In this document: positions 49,376 through 60,340 of the stretch, piece after piece
Position numbering within the stretch: the stretch's first letter is position 1
How the letters are laid out: each line of letters opens with the position of its first letter
NCBI GenBank assembly: GCA_047495785.1
Contig: JBLDXI010000058.1
Coordinates: 248,001 to 312,000 of the forward strand
Direction: 5' to 3'
From: Lepidodermella squamata
Lineage: Eukaryota; Animalia; Gastrotricha
DNA length: 64,000 nt
Position numbers and translations under genes: made by a program
Notes under the pieces: generated by a model
What the model was told of the DNA's origin: nothing
Seen by the model: the letters and a program-made list of their open reading frames with translations, nothing else
Database searches by the model: none

Positions 49376-50140
49376 TCAAGTCTGAGAGATTACAGGCGTG
49401 ATAAGAGAGGCAACATACTGAGAAGCTTGCTTTAGAACCTCAGAGGCATTCAAATTATCAGTGTCGATAACAAGCACGGGACATGGTAGGGATTTGTTTG
49501 TAGTCTCAACAGTACACATTTTTTCATGAAACTCATGTACGAGGCGTAAATAATCCAGTGATAATAGCATTTCAGAACCCCGAGCTCTAGCTACGGCTCT
49601 TTGACAAGCTATTTGGGGAGAGGAGCGCAAGTAAATAATAGCTTCAGTTTTTACAAAATTCGGCTCGAAATTATCATACAAATTCATGAGAGCGTGATAT
49701 TCGATAGAATTTATGCGCTTGGATGCATACGCACATGGGATAAAGACGTTTTTAGAACAGAAGGGCGTTCGATCATGCAGAACGATAGTATGCGCCCCGT
49801 AGATTTCAGGTTTGTGGTTAGGGGCTGAATAAAGGCCGCACATATCACTCGTGGCTACAATTTGAAAGTTGAACGCATTTTTCATCTGATAGTAATCTTT
49901 CAAAATGTTAGTTTTATCGTCATCAGTAAAGGACTCCCAACGATGAACAGGCTCGCAAATTGGCCACGCGGTATATCCCTGAAGTTTACGGTTGAGTGAA
50001 GGTAGATTAGTGAGACCCTCGATTAAGGTTGATTTCCCGCTAAAACAAGAGACTTTAAATAGAATTCTATTCGGTGGAGTATATGAGACTTACGCCCCAA
50101 TGTTGCCGACTATGCCGAAATGGTAGACTTTAGGATGCAT
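49376..50140 (-). CDS. Deoxynucleoside kinase, right arm
   Basis: Mirror of 33188-33952. Confidence 0.93.
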
Positions 50141-50574
50141 CCAGCTTGCTTCAAGAAATATGCTAAGTGTATTCTTGAAGCATCTCTCTTAAATAGTCTG
50201 AGTGATATTTCCATAAAAGGAAAAAACAGGGAGATGTTTTGTTTGAATTGTTTAAGGTAATTACACCGTAAAGGGTAAAAAATCCTAATTGCTTTTTATT
50301 TTGATAAGTAAAAAATCGCATTGTTTAATTAGGGAGGATGTATAAGATTTATTGACATGATGTTTTCTTATTGAATTACCGACAGCAATTAAGGAGGATG
50401 TATACAATACCAAGAATCTTTGATGAAAAGCATTAAAGCCAGCACTGAGGGGTCAACAGAGCTAAAGGCCCTAATGCATTTTTAAGGAAGATTGAATTAC
50501 AAAAACAATATGCCTGAAAGGAGGTAGCCGCTCACATAAAAATCGAACCTCAGTAACAATATAAATTATAAAAT

Positions 50575-51078
50575 ATGAAGCTGAAGGTAGAGCTAACAAG
50601 TAACAAAGCTAAAGAACCGACAAAGCATACTAAAGGCTCTGTGGGTTGGGACATCTATTCAGCAGAAGAGACGACACTGCAACCTGGAACCAGGGGACTG
50701 ATTCAAACTGATATTAAAATCTGTTTACCACGAGGATATTATGGACAACTATTCAGTCGATCAGGAATGAGCATCAACCATGGAATCGATACGGTCGCTG
50801 GAGTAATAGGTAAGAAGCAAATAATAATGAAAATTACTAATGAATATCTGTATTTTTCATGAATTAAAGACGCCGACTACACCGGAAAAATCGTAGTCTG
50901 CCTTGCAAACAACAGCAAAACACCTTACAAGATTAAAATAGGCGACCGTATTACCCAGTTGGTGTGTTTAAAATATGGTCGCTTAGAATCTGCAGTAACG
51001 GTAACGGGGCCATTGAAAAACGCTCTAGCAGCAAATTCGACCCGTGGCGATAACGGATTCGGTTCATCTGGACGTTAA
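50575..51078 (+). CDS. dut: dUTPase, right arm
   Basis: Exons 50575-50809 and 50870-51078; all five dUTPase motifs. Confidence 0.95.
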
Positions 51079-51344
51079 CCCCTCCAATCAAGCCGCTACA
51101 AATCTCTGAACAAATGAATAGAAAAACTGATAAGACTTATCCCAGCTATAAATTCATTGCTTGAAACGTTAAGACTAATAAAAAGTGTTTGTGTGAATGA
51201 AAAAGGGCTCTATTGCAGCTGCACTAAAGAAGCAGTGTAAAAATGATTAGTTTAGCTCATAACAGGTGAAAAAACGAAGATTTGTTTATTTTAGTTAGGT
51301 GAAATCATAGCAGTGGGTTAAAACGAAGGTATATTGACAAGAAG

Positions 51345-51509
51345 CGGCTATAGTACAAATCGCCGTACTGCTATTACTCATCCCCAAATTGCGTATATTT
51401 ATACCAAACGGGTATAGTAAAAATCGCCGTACTGCCATTACTGATCGCAAATTGCGTATATTTATACCAAACGGCTATAGTAAAAATCGCCGTACTGCTA
51501 TTACTGATC
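51345..51509 (-). repeat. Subterminal ~63-bp tandem repeat, right arm
   Basis: Mirror of 31819-31983. Confidence 0.92.
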
Positions 51510-51737
51510 CAAAGTTCCCATCCTTACTACTGGCTTCTTCTTGTTATCGAGCTTGACTGAGCCAGACGTTAGAACCAGCGTTTCCAGGCAGGTTTTATGG
51601 ATGTGGCCAATCGATCCTCGGCATGAGCAAAATTTGGTGTAAAGAGGGCCTGAACTATCGTCGTCTTCGCAACCGCTTAAACAAATTCTGCATCTAACCG
51701 TGGTTTGAAAACTGTCGGCTCTCTGCCTCTCAGCCAT
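51501..51737 (-). pseudogene. MARCH-like RING-CH gene disrupted by the Polinton insertion
   Basis: CRICL..FCSCRGSIGHIHKTCLE..KLDNKKKP then runs into AGTAGT (51531) just before the final CxxC and stops at 51501; no TM segments. Confidence 0.85.
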
Positions 51738-51921
51738 GCTATTATTTAATTTCTAGCTATAACACTTGTGTAGTGGCAGTGTTGAGTGTTGCCTTCCATT
51801 TTTTGTAGTATGTAGCTTTGTGTTTTTTGCTTGCACGCACAAAGAAATGACCTAGACCGAAATTAGGTAAACTCCAGGTGAAAAACTTTCCTTTATTTAC
51901 GCAAGACTGGATAAAAAACAA

Positions 51922-52575
51922 TCACACTGAGCTTATTTCATCAACTACCACTGGAGGCATTTTAAAGCTTTGAATCTTGTTCTCGAAATTTCGTGTCTTG
52001 AACATCCCACACCATTCTTCCCGCTTCGTCGAGATTGTGTAGACAATGAAAATTAAGCAGACCAAGCATATAGGCAGGGTGAAGAATAGGCTCAACGCGG
52101 CCAGATAAAGAAAGACGTAGCCGAAGAGTATCACAAGAGTTTCGAATGACCCAACTTTCCCGATCGCGATAGAATCGACGGTTTCGTTTCCGGCGCTGTC
52201 AGTTTGCTCATCGCCAATTTCCGTTTGGTTGAGGCTGATTGCCGACCACAAGCCCAGAGCAACGAGACAGACTAGTAACAGAGTCACGAGAACAGTTTTA
52301 ACCTCATGCTCGTGCAATGAAGGCAAGCGCCACCGTTGAGGCGGCTTTATCCGGCGAATGATGCTGATTTGAAAATTATTGCGGCAAATTTCGCACCGAG
52401 GCTGTTCGAGGAGATAACTTGCAGAATCAAGGGATGGATTCATGGCCTTCTCGAGGCATCTCTTATGGGCGAAACCAATCGAACCTCGGCAGGAGCAGAA
52501 TCCATTGTAGAGTTTATCCCTGGTCCTGCTTTGCCTTTTGCTGAATAAACAAATTCTGCAGAAATTCTCCGGCAT
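51922..52575 (-). CDS. MARCH-like RING-CH E3 ligase with two TM helices, intronless
   Basis: CRICL..CSCRGSIGFAHKRCL..CEIC; two hydrophobic segments. Confidence 0.88.
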   Translation of the reverse strand: MPENFCRICLFSKRQSRTRDKLYNGFCSCRGSIGFAHKRCLEKAMNPSLDSASYLLEQPRCEICRNNFQISIIRRIKPPQRWRLPSLHEHEVKTVLVTLLLVCLVALGLWSAISLNQTEIGDEQTDSAGNETVDSIAIGKVGSFETLVILFGYVFLYLAALSLFFTLPICLVCLIFIVYTISTKREEWCGMFKTRNFENKIQSFKMPPVVVDEISSV

Positions 52576-53272
52576 GGGGTCACAAGAGTTTATTCGAGTG
52601 AAAATGTGTTCGTAATACCCGCGGGCAGAAGAAAAAAAGCCACGTGTTTAAAGGTATATGGGTGCATCTCGACAGAGAGCACGTAGGTGTTATTATTCAA
52701 GTATTGTAATTTAATGCATGTAATAACGTATTTATTAGTGGAGTTCGGCATTCATTTGAATGCATTATTTTTATTTCTTTTATTATATCACATTGCAATT
52801 GCTACACGTGAACACATTGTAAGCTAAAAGCTAGGATGCGGAGGAAACTTCAATTTAATCTATATAATCTATATAATCAAATATTCCGTAGACCGAAGGT
52901 AGACAAATATTCACTAGAATCTGTGAATAGCTTGTTTGAGGCAGTTTCAAGGTGATAAGTAAAACGTGGGTTTCTACGTAAATTGAAAGATGGCTTGTTT
53001 CTTAATTCAAATCTATTTTGCTTGCGTTGCAGCCTGTCTTTGATTAAAAATGTAACACACAGAAGATACCACTCCCCTGCTACAGTAATATGGGCCTTGT
53101 TTACTTATATTAAGACGCAATGAACTTATCTTCAGCTCGTGTATGACCCACCCGTCTTTCATGATAATTGGTGGAAACGGTATAACTAACGTGTAATCTG
53201 CTAAAACTCCCAGCCATTCCGATAAAACCGCAAGAGACCTTTACACCATTTAAGCACTACGACCCTAAAATA

Positions 53273-54430
53273 ATGGCAACTCAAGGCAAGGTTATCCGAT
53301 GTATGGCTGCTATTTCATGGGGAGCAAACGAGCGTCTCAAAATCGAAACTATAGATGTTGAACCGCCTCGTAAGGGCGAGGTGAGAATCCGAGTTCACTC
53401 GGCCTCCATCTGCGCCACGGACTACACTCTATCAAAGGGCATCAGTGTCGGCTACCCGAAGCCCATTTTCCCTGTAATCCTCGGCCACGAATGCGCTGGC
53501 GTCGTCGAAAGTGTTGGCGAGGGCGTGACAACTCTCAAGCCTGGTGATTACGTAATGCCGTGTTCGGCGCCCCAATGTCGGAAATGCGAACGCTGCCTTG
53601 GTAACCGAAGCAACGCCTGCGAAACGCGGGACGAAAACCTCGGTGATGGGTACATTGAGCTTGATGGGAGCGAGCAACGATCTACCCGATATAAATGCAA
53701 CGGCCAGCAAATTTTTCATTTTGAGGGCGTGTCAGCATTCAGTCAATACATTGTCTGCCGAGAGGCTTCTGTCGCTAAAATAAGCGAAAAAGCCCCTCTG
53801 GACAAAATTTCACCGGTTTCTTGCGGGATTGTAACAGGCTATGGGTCAGCTGTCTACAGTGCTCAGGTCACTGAAGAATCAACTTGCTCAGTTTGGGGTC
53901 TTGGAACAGTGGGTCTAGCCGCCTTAACCGGTTGCCGTAATCAAAAGGCTGGAATGATTATTGCAATCGATTCCAACCCGGAAAAGCTCGAACGAGCATT
54001 ACGGATCGGCGCAACTCATGCTTTGAATCCTACCGACCCTGAATTCGAAGTTAAAATGCTTGAGATAACGAAGGGTCGAGGTTGCGATTTTGCGATCGAA
54101 TGCGTTGGCCGTGTTGATGTGATAAAGCAAGCTATTGCTACGACCAACAAACTCTGGGGTAAAACTGTCATTGTTGGGGCGGCACCTGCTGATGCTGTAC
54201 TGGAAGTTGGTAACTCTGTTCAGTTCCTTTTCGGCAGGTCTTTGACTGGGTCTTGGATGGGGCATAAAAAGTCGCTAGACCATGTTGCTGAGCTCGTCGA
54301 AGAGTGTTTGGCTGGTCGCATCCCCCTTGATGAGATTGTAACTCATAGGCTAAACCTGGCAGATATCAATGATGGGTTTGAGTTACTGCGAACTGGAAAA
54401 TGTGTGAAAACTGTCATCAATATGCTCTGA
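53273..54430 (+). CDS. Zinc-dependent alcohol dehydrogenase, class III-like but divergent, intronless
   Basis: ICATD, ILGHECAGVVESVGEGV, structural Zn site C-x2-C-x2-C-x7-C, SCGIVTGYG, WGLGTVG. Confidence 0.93.
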   Translation: MATQGKVIRCMAAISWGANERLKIETIDVEPPRKGEVRIRVHSASICATDYTLSKGISVGYPKPIFPVILGHECAGVVESVGEGVTTLKPGDYVMPCSAPQCRKCERCLGNRSNACETRDENLGDGYIELDGSEQRSTRYKCNGQQIFHFEGVSAFSQYIVCREASVAKISEKAPLDKISPVSCGIVTGYGSAVYSAQVTEESTCSVWGLGTVGLAALTGCRNQKAGMIIAIDSNPEKLERALRIGATHALNPTDPEFEVKMLEITKGRGCDFAIECVGRVDVIKQAIATTNKLWGKTVIVGAAPADAVLEVGNSVQFLFGRSLTGSWMGHKKSLDHVAELVEECLAGRIPLDEIVTHRLNLADINDGFELLRTGKCVKTVINML

Positions 54431-54500
54431 AAATGTGAAAACAACGGGAATTTATTTTATGATTTTTTTCGCTCGTCCTTTCATCAATAAATGTTTGAGA

Positions 54501-55616
54501 TCAAAATGTTATTGTTGACCAAGTTGAGGCTAGAGATGAAGTTGTCTGCGTTCTTTGGAGAGGCGCGACAGTGGAAATTCGATGTCCCCCGAGTAACGGG
54601 TTGTTGCTGTCTACAGAGCCACGACTTCCTTCAGACGTCATCGCCTTGTGTCTGGCATCGATTTTGACAACAGGCGGCATGTTAAAATCCAGAATCTTTA
54701 GCTCTGTATTCTCGTAGCAAATATTCCACATTAAAGCAATGCAAAAACACAGGAAAAGGATGCCAGCCATTTGGAAGACGACGAACGAGGCGGTGAAAAG
54801 CCAGCACTTCTCCTTCGACATTTCAGGTAATGTGATGTTGACATTGAAGACGGAATCAACCGATCGATTGCTTGCGTTACTCGGTTTTGAAATCGCTAGA
54901 CTATTTGAGGAGGGTTTGCATACCCTAAGACTTAGGTCACTCAGCCCAGGAACTGCAAGGGCGACAACAATGAAGGAGAGAAGGGTCATGAGAAGGTAGC
55001 CACGAACGGAACACGTCCAGCCTTTCAGAGGTTTCAGCTTTTTACCCAGTTGGAATTGGTAAACCTCTCGACACAGGTCGCAAGTCGGCCTTCCTTGGTC
55101 GTCGAACTTAGCAGAGGGCGATGAGATGACCAGTTCCAAACATTTATGATGAGCATAGCCGATTGAGCCCCGGCAAGCACAAAAATTGCTGTAAAGGAAT
55201 GGATCGTCGGTTTCAGTATTTTCCAACTGACAGATGCGGCATTCTTGGCCGAATACACTGATTGAAGTAGAAGATCGTGTGACTGTTTCAGAAATGCTGT
55301 GTTGAGGTTGGACTAAAAGCGAAATATGAGCAGTACTAGGTCTCGGGATGTTTGATTGAAAGCAGCCAGTTCGGAAAGGTTGCCGACACAGTTCACAGCA
55401 ACGTCGGCCTAACGCATCGAGTCTCAGCGTTACAGTCGTCGCCTGCATGTACTTTTCGAGGCAGGTTTTATGGGCGTAACCAACTGAACCTCGGCATGAA
55501 CAAAACCCACTGTAGAGGGTTCGTTCATCGCCATCGCCACTGCCCTGTAGGCATATTCGGCATTGTTTGTTCGGAGCATCTAGCGACAGCTGTGTCTGCT
55601 CGCGCGTAGGCATCAT
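54501..55616 (-). CDS. MARCH-like protein with two tandem RING-CH domains and two TM helices, intronless
   Basis: CRICLQ..CSCRGSVGYAHKTCL..CELC and CRICQL..CACRGSIGYAHHKCL..CDLC; two TM segments. Confidence 0.88.
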   Translation of the reverse strand: MMPTREQTQLSLDAPNKQCRICLQGSGDGDERTLYSGFCSCRGSVGYAHKTCLEKYMQATTVTLRLDALGRRCCELCRQPFRTGCFQSNIPRPSTAHISLLVQPQHSISETVTRSSTSISVFGQECRICQLENTETDDPFLYSNFCACRGSIGYAHHKCLELVISSPSAKFDDQGRPTCDLCREVYQFQLGKKLKPLKGWTCSVRGYLLMTLLSFIVVALAVPGLSDLSLRVCKPSSNSLAISKPSNASNRSVDSVFNVNITLPEMSKEKCWLFTASFVVFQMAGILFLCFCIALMWNICYENTELKILDFNMPPVVKIDARHKAMTSEGSRGSVDSNNPLLGGHRISTVAPLQRTQTTSSLASTWSTITF

Positions 55617-56867
55617 TATTCAAGTGGCGAAATGCAAATGCATCATTTTGCTTTTTAGTTATAGAACGTGCGAAATATCCGAATGAAATTATTCGATTTT
55701 ACTCTCTACACATACAGGTATATGCTTTATTTCGGTGCATTTCCGGCGCCGTTGCCATAGTGCGTGTGACTCTGGCCGAGTCACGCATAAATTGCACGTT
55801 GCTAGGCGCGTGACGTCCCGGCCGGAATCAGGAGCCGGAGGTGAGGAACTAACGCTTGGTTTGAATGCCCGCTGACCCTCTCAGATGAGAGTAAAATCGA
55901 TGCGGAAAGGAAAACCACGTGCTTTAAAATATCGCGGTCAAACCTGCCATTGGAAAGATGCTAACTTTGATGGCACTGATGAATAGCAAACCATTATCTC
56001 TGAAGCCTGGTCAGCCACTAGCTCAAATAAGTCGAAAATTGGGCAATTTGTAATTCTGATCTGCAAGCAGTGATAAAAATAAATGGAATATATAAAATCC
56101 GCAAGAAGCAAACATTGCCTAGGTGCTCATTCTTTCTTCAACGCTGATGGACGACATAACACGCTTAGATATAGGATCCCAGTTGGGGTAGTCCAGGCTT
56201 ATTTCGGGTTTTTAGGTCTGGAAGACGGCCAACAATTTCAAGAATTTAGCGCATTTTTCAAGAATTTTCATGAATGCAAGAATCGAAGCAGAACACGAAA
56301 CTTTCACGTAACGCATCTCCTCACTGTACCTCCTTGTCTTGCTGTTTTCCCCGAAGCAGGATGGATAGTTTCCGTGAGTTCAATTCCCAGGAAAGATCAT
56401 ATGCCAGAATCATAGGTGTGTAAGTATATCAGGTAGGTAGTATTTCATTTGTCCAAAGAGTACTAAAAAGATGATCCAAAATAACTTCACGCGAACCAAG
56501 CTAAAAATAAATTAGCGTCAATTTCTTCTCCCACGCTTCCCGTGTCTAAATTCAGATCTCAGATTGAGTCATTTCAACAGATAACCAAATCTGCATAAGA
56601 TTGAATTTGATCAATACTTTTAAATACTGAAAATAAACAATTCGATCAAGAGTTAAGTTATCATAGTTTTACAGCTAGATAGATTCGGAACGAAATTCGA
56701 ACTTCAAATCTTGGACGGAATCACGTCAAGTTCAAGACACGGTGCTAAAAGCGGGAAGCATTCCATCCTGTCTTAAAACCATAAAAACATCGAGGGCGTT
56801 GTATCATGTTGTCGCAAAATCAATGCACAGGAAAAGCCCCCGCTATGTCGAAGGCAACCAGTGAAAG

Positions 56868-59213
56868 ATGTTCCAAGTTCATAGAAGTTTTTTATTTCAA
56901 ATGTCGCTATTAAAGTTCGTTCTAACTATCCTGGCGATTGTTTCACAGAGAACGATCGGGGACAAGCCTGAAACGCTGTCAGTGTTAGTTCTGGTGCCAA
57001 TGACTGGTAACGAGCCGCAAAATGGCGACGGTTGCCGTTATGGCGTGCAGGTCGCTATGGACGGTGTAAATGACAACCCAAACATTTTGCCTCGTTATCG
57101 TTTGGAACCCGTGTACGCAGATGAGGGTCCGGCAGGGTTCTTCTCGCCACGTCAAGCAGTTCAGTTCAGACGTAGTGTTAACTCGACTAAATTTCAATCT
57201 CCAGTCGTAATTGGCCCTATATTCTCGACTGGTGGCGTCGGTTTGGCTTCCATGGTTCATCAAATCGATATGATCCAGCTCGCAACTGGAGTAAATACAC
57301 CACAAGTAACAGGGAACCGGAAACTATACCCCAATATCTATCGAGTTAGGATCACTGGGGAACTGGTCGCATATGCTCAGATGCGATTCATTCGAGATGT
57401 TGGGAAATGGAACCGCTTTGGCATCGTCACGTCAGTTGTCAACAGTTTCGACATAGCTCTGGCTATCTTTCTATACAAAGCAGCGCTAGAAAGTGGCTTC
57501 AAAATTTCGTACTTCGGCACCGTCGCCGATATCAGCGAAGAAACTGTCGACGCCATCAAGGCTTCAGATACAAGAGTTATCGTTGTCGATAGTGGGACTG
57601 CTACATTTGTCAACAGAATGCTATGTTTCGGGCATATGGCTGGGTTGAAAGGACCGAAATACGTCTACATCATTCATTCTGGTGCCTATTCCGAACCCGG
57701 TAGCCTGCAGCCTAAAATAGCAGCTGCCCCAGGATGCACGAGGGAGATGCTTCTGGAGCAGTTCACAATTTCGATTTGGATTGCCTGGGCAAACGGACCA
57801 GCGCGAGAGTTCTCGAACCCAACTATGATGACCTCAAGCGGAATGACCCTTGACAACTTTGAGCAAAGATATCGGAACGTCACAAACAACATCACCCCTT
57901 TGGACTTCATCCGGAGATTCCAGTGTCACGACGCTGGCTTGGAAACTGCGATAATTCTCGACGCAGCTGAACGTAAATTGCTAGCGAAAAAGTTGTCTTT
58001 ACGCGATTATCAAGCGAATCCGAGAGAAGTAATGCTGGCCGTCAACGAATCAGCTCTGAATGTCAAATTCGTCGGTTTCCGCATTGGGAAGTTCGAGTAT
58101 TCAGCTCGAGGCGAGCCAGACTCTGACTCCCAGGCTGTTATTCAATGGACCCCAGAGAACGGTTTGAGGCTATTGTATGAAGTTTCAGCTAGGGACAACA
58201 CATCGATCTACGAGTTCTCAAATTATCAATCTAAAGAGGTTCAACAACCCACATGGTATACGCCTGATAGCAAACCACCCAGGGATGGTCCCTTAATCTT
58301 AGTTGACAGCCAGCGAATACCTATTGGCTTCTCATGGACAATTTTCGCTCTCTCGGTTTTAATTGCAGTATGGCAAGGGTATTGCTTTTTCAGAGGCACG
58401 GTATTCCGATGTCGAAACCTCGATTGGCGTAGATTCAGTAAAAGTAGTTTATTCCTCGGCTGTTTAATGCTAGATTTCTCGGCTTGTCTTTTCTCGTTCT
58501 CCTTTTACCGTGGGGCGATTGAACTATGCGTCCTACAGAGGATTGTGCCGATTCTCGGACTAGGGTCGATTCTCAGCTTCACTATTGTGTGTCTTGAAAA
58601 AGCCAGGCGCGAAGTGAAGATGAAAACCCCGATCAATTACCAGGCTAGCACATTTCAAACGAACATTGGACACTACAGTGAAACTATTTCGGTGGTTTCC
58701 AGCCTCCGATCCAAAAGAAGTCGCAATAAAAGAAGCGGAGGAACATCAATCTATCGCCAGGTCACCTTCAGTGATACAGGACTTGCGTATCTCCACATCA
58801 CTTTTCTAATAGTTATAACGGCCTACTCGATTATCTGGAATTTAGTGGACATCCCGATCTACAACAAAGCAGTAGTTTCGGAGTCTTACTATCTTGAAAC
58901 GGACTCTTTGGTGAAAATCGAAGCAGAGAGATGCAGGTCAAAGATGGACATTCAGTGGACGATAGCCATAATTTTGTTTTATCTTCTTATTATGCTTTGG
59001 GGTGGTTTCTCTGCCTACCTGTTGCGGCGTCACACGGAGACTAAGTATGTAAGAATGGCTCTAGTTAACATGCTGTTGATGGTAATCGCGGGAGTTCTGC
59101 TTTGTGTAATTTTGGCTTCTCCAACAGGGCAGCTGATGACTTTGTCCCTTATAAGCCTGATAATTTCTGTTATAACATCGCCTAATCTTCAACGCAGTGC
59201 TATTGATGGATGA
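56868..59213 (+). CDS. Class C GPCR, GABA-B-receptor-like (Venus flytrap domain plus 7TM), intronless; likely start 56901
   Basis: Signal peptide; VAMDGVNDNPNILPRYRL, YPNIYR, KWNRFG, GLKGPKYVYII, PPRDGP linker; seven hydrophobic segments; ERCRS in ECL2. Confidence 0.85.
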   Translation: MFQVHRSFLFQMSLLKFVLTILAIVSQRTIGDKPETLSVLVLVPMTGNEPQNGDGCRYGVQVAMDGVNDNPNILPRYRLEPVYADEGPAGFFSPRQAVQFRRSVNSTKFQSPVVIGPIFSTGGVGLASMVHQIDMIQLATGVNTPQVTGNRKLYPNIYRVRITGELVAYAQMRFIRDVGKWNRFGIVTSVVNSFDIALAIFLYKAALESGFKISYFGTVADISEETVDAIKASDTRVIVVDSGTATFVNRMLCFGHMAGLKGPKYVYIIHSGAYSEPGSLQPKIAAAPGCTREMLLEQFTISIWIAWANGPAREFSNPTMMTSSGMTLDNFEQRYRNVTNNITPLDFIRRFQCHDAGLETAIILDAAERKLLAKKLSLRDYQANPREVMLAVNESALNVKFVGFRIGKFEYSARGEPDSDSQAVIQWTPENGLRLLYEVSARDNTSIYEFSNYQSKEVQQPTWYTPDSKPPRDGPLILVDSQRIPIGFSWTIFALSVLIAVWQGYCFFRGTVFRCRNLDWRRFSKSSLFLGCLMLDFSACLFSFSFYRGAIELCVLQRIVPILGLGSILSFTIVCLEKARREVKMKTPINYQASTFQTNIGHYSETISVVSSLRSKRSRNKRSGGTSIYRQVTFSDTGLAYLHITFLIVITAYSIIWNLVDIPIYNKAVVSESYYLETDSLVKIEAERCRSKMDIQWTIAIILFYLLIMLWGGFSAYLLRRHTETKYVRMALVNMLLMVIAGVLLCVILASPTGQLMTLSLISLIISVITSPNLQRSAIDG

Positions 59214-59924
59214 ATCATCTTCTTCAGCTACCGATTGAGACATTGAAGATTTGTATAATAGAGTATTGTATTCCTTTTCTATTATAAAATGAATAAATAT
59301 CGCAATTATCTCCATATCAGAATTCCACGTGTGGCATTTTTGCATCTTCCACGAAATATTGAAGGTAACAGCGGTATCATGGTCTTTTCTAAGATCGCGC
59401 GATACCGCAGCTAATCTTTTGCGCGCATCATCATACAACGTGCCTCCTTCATTAAAAATATATCCTTCATTAAAAAAATCTCAGTCATAATTTGGCATTT
59501 TCATTATCATGCTCGTGTGCTCAGATTTCAAACTTCATGCCAGCTGCAGTTGTACTGGAAAACGAAAATTCAAAGGTGCTGGCTCAAATGAAAAGCAATA
59601 TTTAGGCAATAAGACGATGGATTCGCTTTAGATAATGTCTATATGGACTGCGATATGTCCCGACTACCCGACTACCCGATTTTGGATTGTATACGTCATT
59701 TTGAATGAGAGAGATAGCAAGTAAAAAGTCTTTTGTTTTTGACTCTTCATTAACGTTGGAAAGGCCACTTTTTATTTGTCACCAGTCACTTTGAAATAAG
59801 GGATGTAAGCAAGCCTAAATCCGAGTTATTTAACGACGCTAACGATATCCTCTATCGAACCTCTATCGAACTCGGATAACTGGGAAATTCATTTTCTTGC
59901 AAGTATTGTTGGTATTGCTGTCAA

Positions 59925-60340
59925 GGCTTGGATCACGCTACGCTTTTATTATACATATGCATATGGTTTTACTCTGAGCCGAGAAGCTTACCACCGGTGA
60001 TATCCGAATATATGAGAATTTACGTGGGCATATGAGTGGTACCAGGATGCATTAGAGACATGCTCTTGGAACAGTTCAAAATCACGTTCTAGATTGCGTG
60101 GTCGAATGGACGGGCTGAAGAGTTTTATACTCGAAATTCTATACTTCTGGTGGGCTGAATTTGATAGATTTTGCAAAGATAGATTTTCATACGGAACGTG
60201 ATACTTGCTGTGAACGAATCAAAACGATAGAAGTTGACTTGATTGGATTGAGAATAGAGATTTAAGGTACTCCAGAATTCTACTCACAAGCAGTGGACGC
60301 CGGCATTAGGCTTGCGAGAGCTTTAATGAAAGAAATTAGG
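59925..60340 (+). pseudogene. Degenerate fragment of a third GABA-B-like receptor copy
   Basis: YSEPRSLP, PGCIRDMLLEQFKITF*IAWSNG, AVNES and QWTP blocks collinear with the flanking paralogues, with a stop codon and deletions. Confidence 0.75.

Larger units (their letters stand above)
31797..51531. mobile_element. Polinton/Maverick (adintovirus-like) element, palindromic fold-back derivative lacking integrase, capsid and protease genes
   Basis: 5'-AGTAGT (31797) and ACTACT-3' (51531) termini typical of Polintons; protein-primed PolB; packaging-ATPase remnant; subterminal tandem repeats. Confidence 0.92.
41867..51595. repeat. Right arm of the ~9.73 kb inverted repeat
   Basis: Reverse complement of 31732-41464; translated ORFs identical apart from one Pro. 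Confidence 0.98.

Noticed and set aside
31797-51531. Complete autonomous Polinton with 9.7-kb natural TIRs and a target-site duplication
   Set aside because: No integrase, capsid or protease ORF; the ATPase is cut at the centre; flanks are an inverted copy of the same host sequence rather than a direct TSD
51922-55616. MARCH and ADH genes as cargo of the element
   Set aside because: They lie outside the ACTACT terminus, and the element interrupts one of them
56083-56415. 110-aa ORF
   Set aside because: No recognisable motif or paralogy; unsupported
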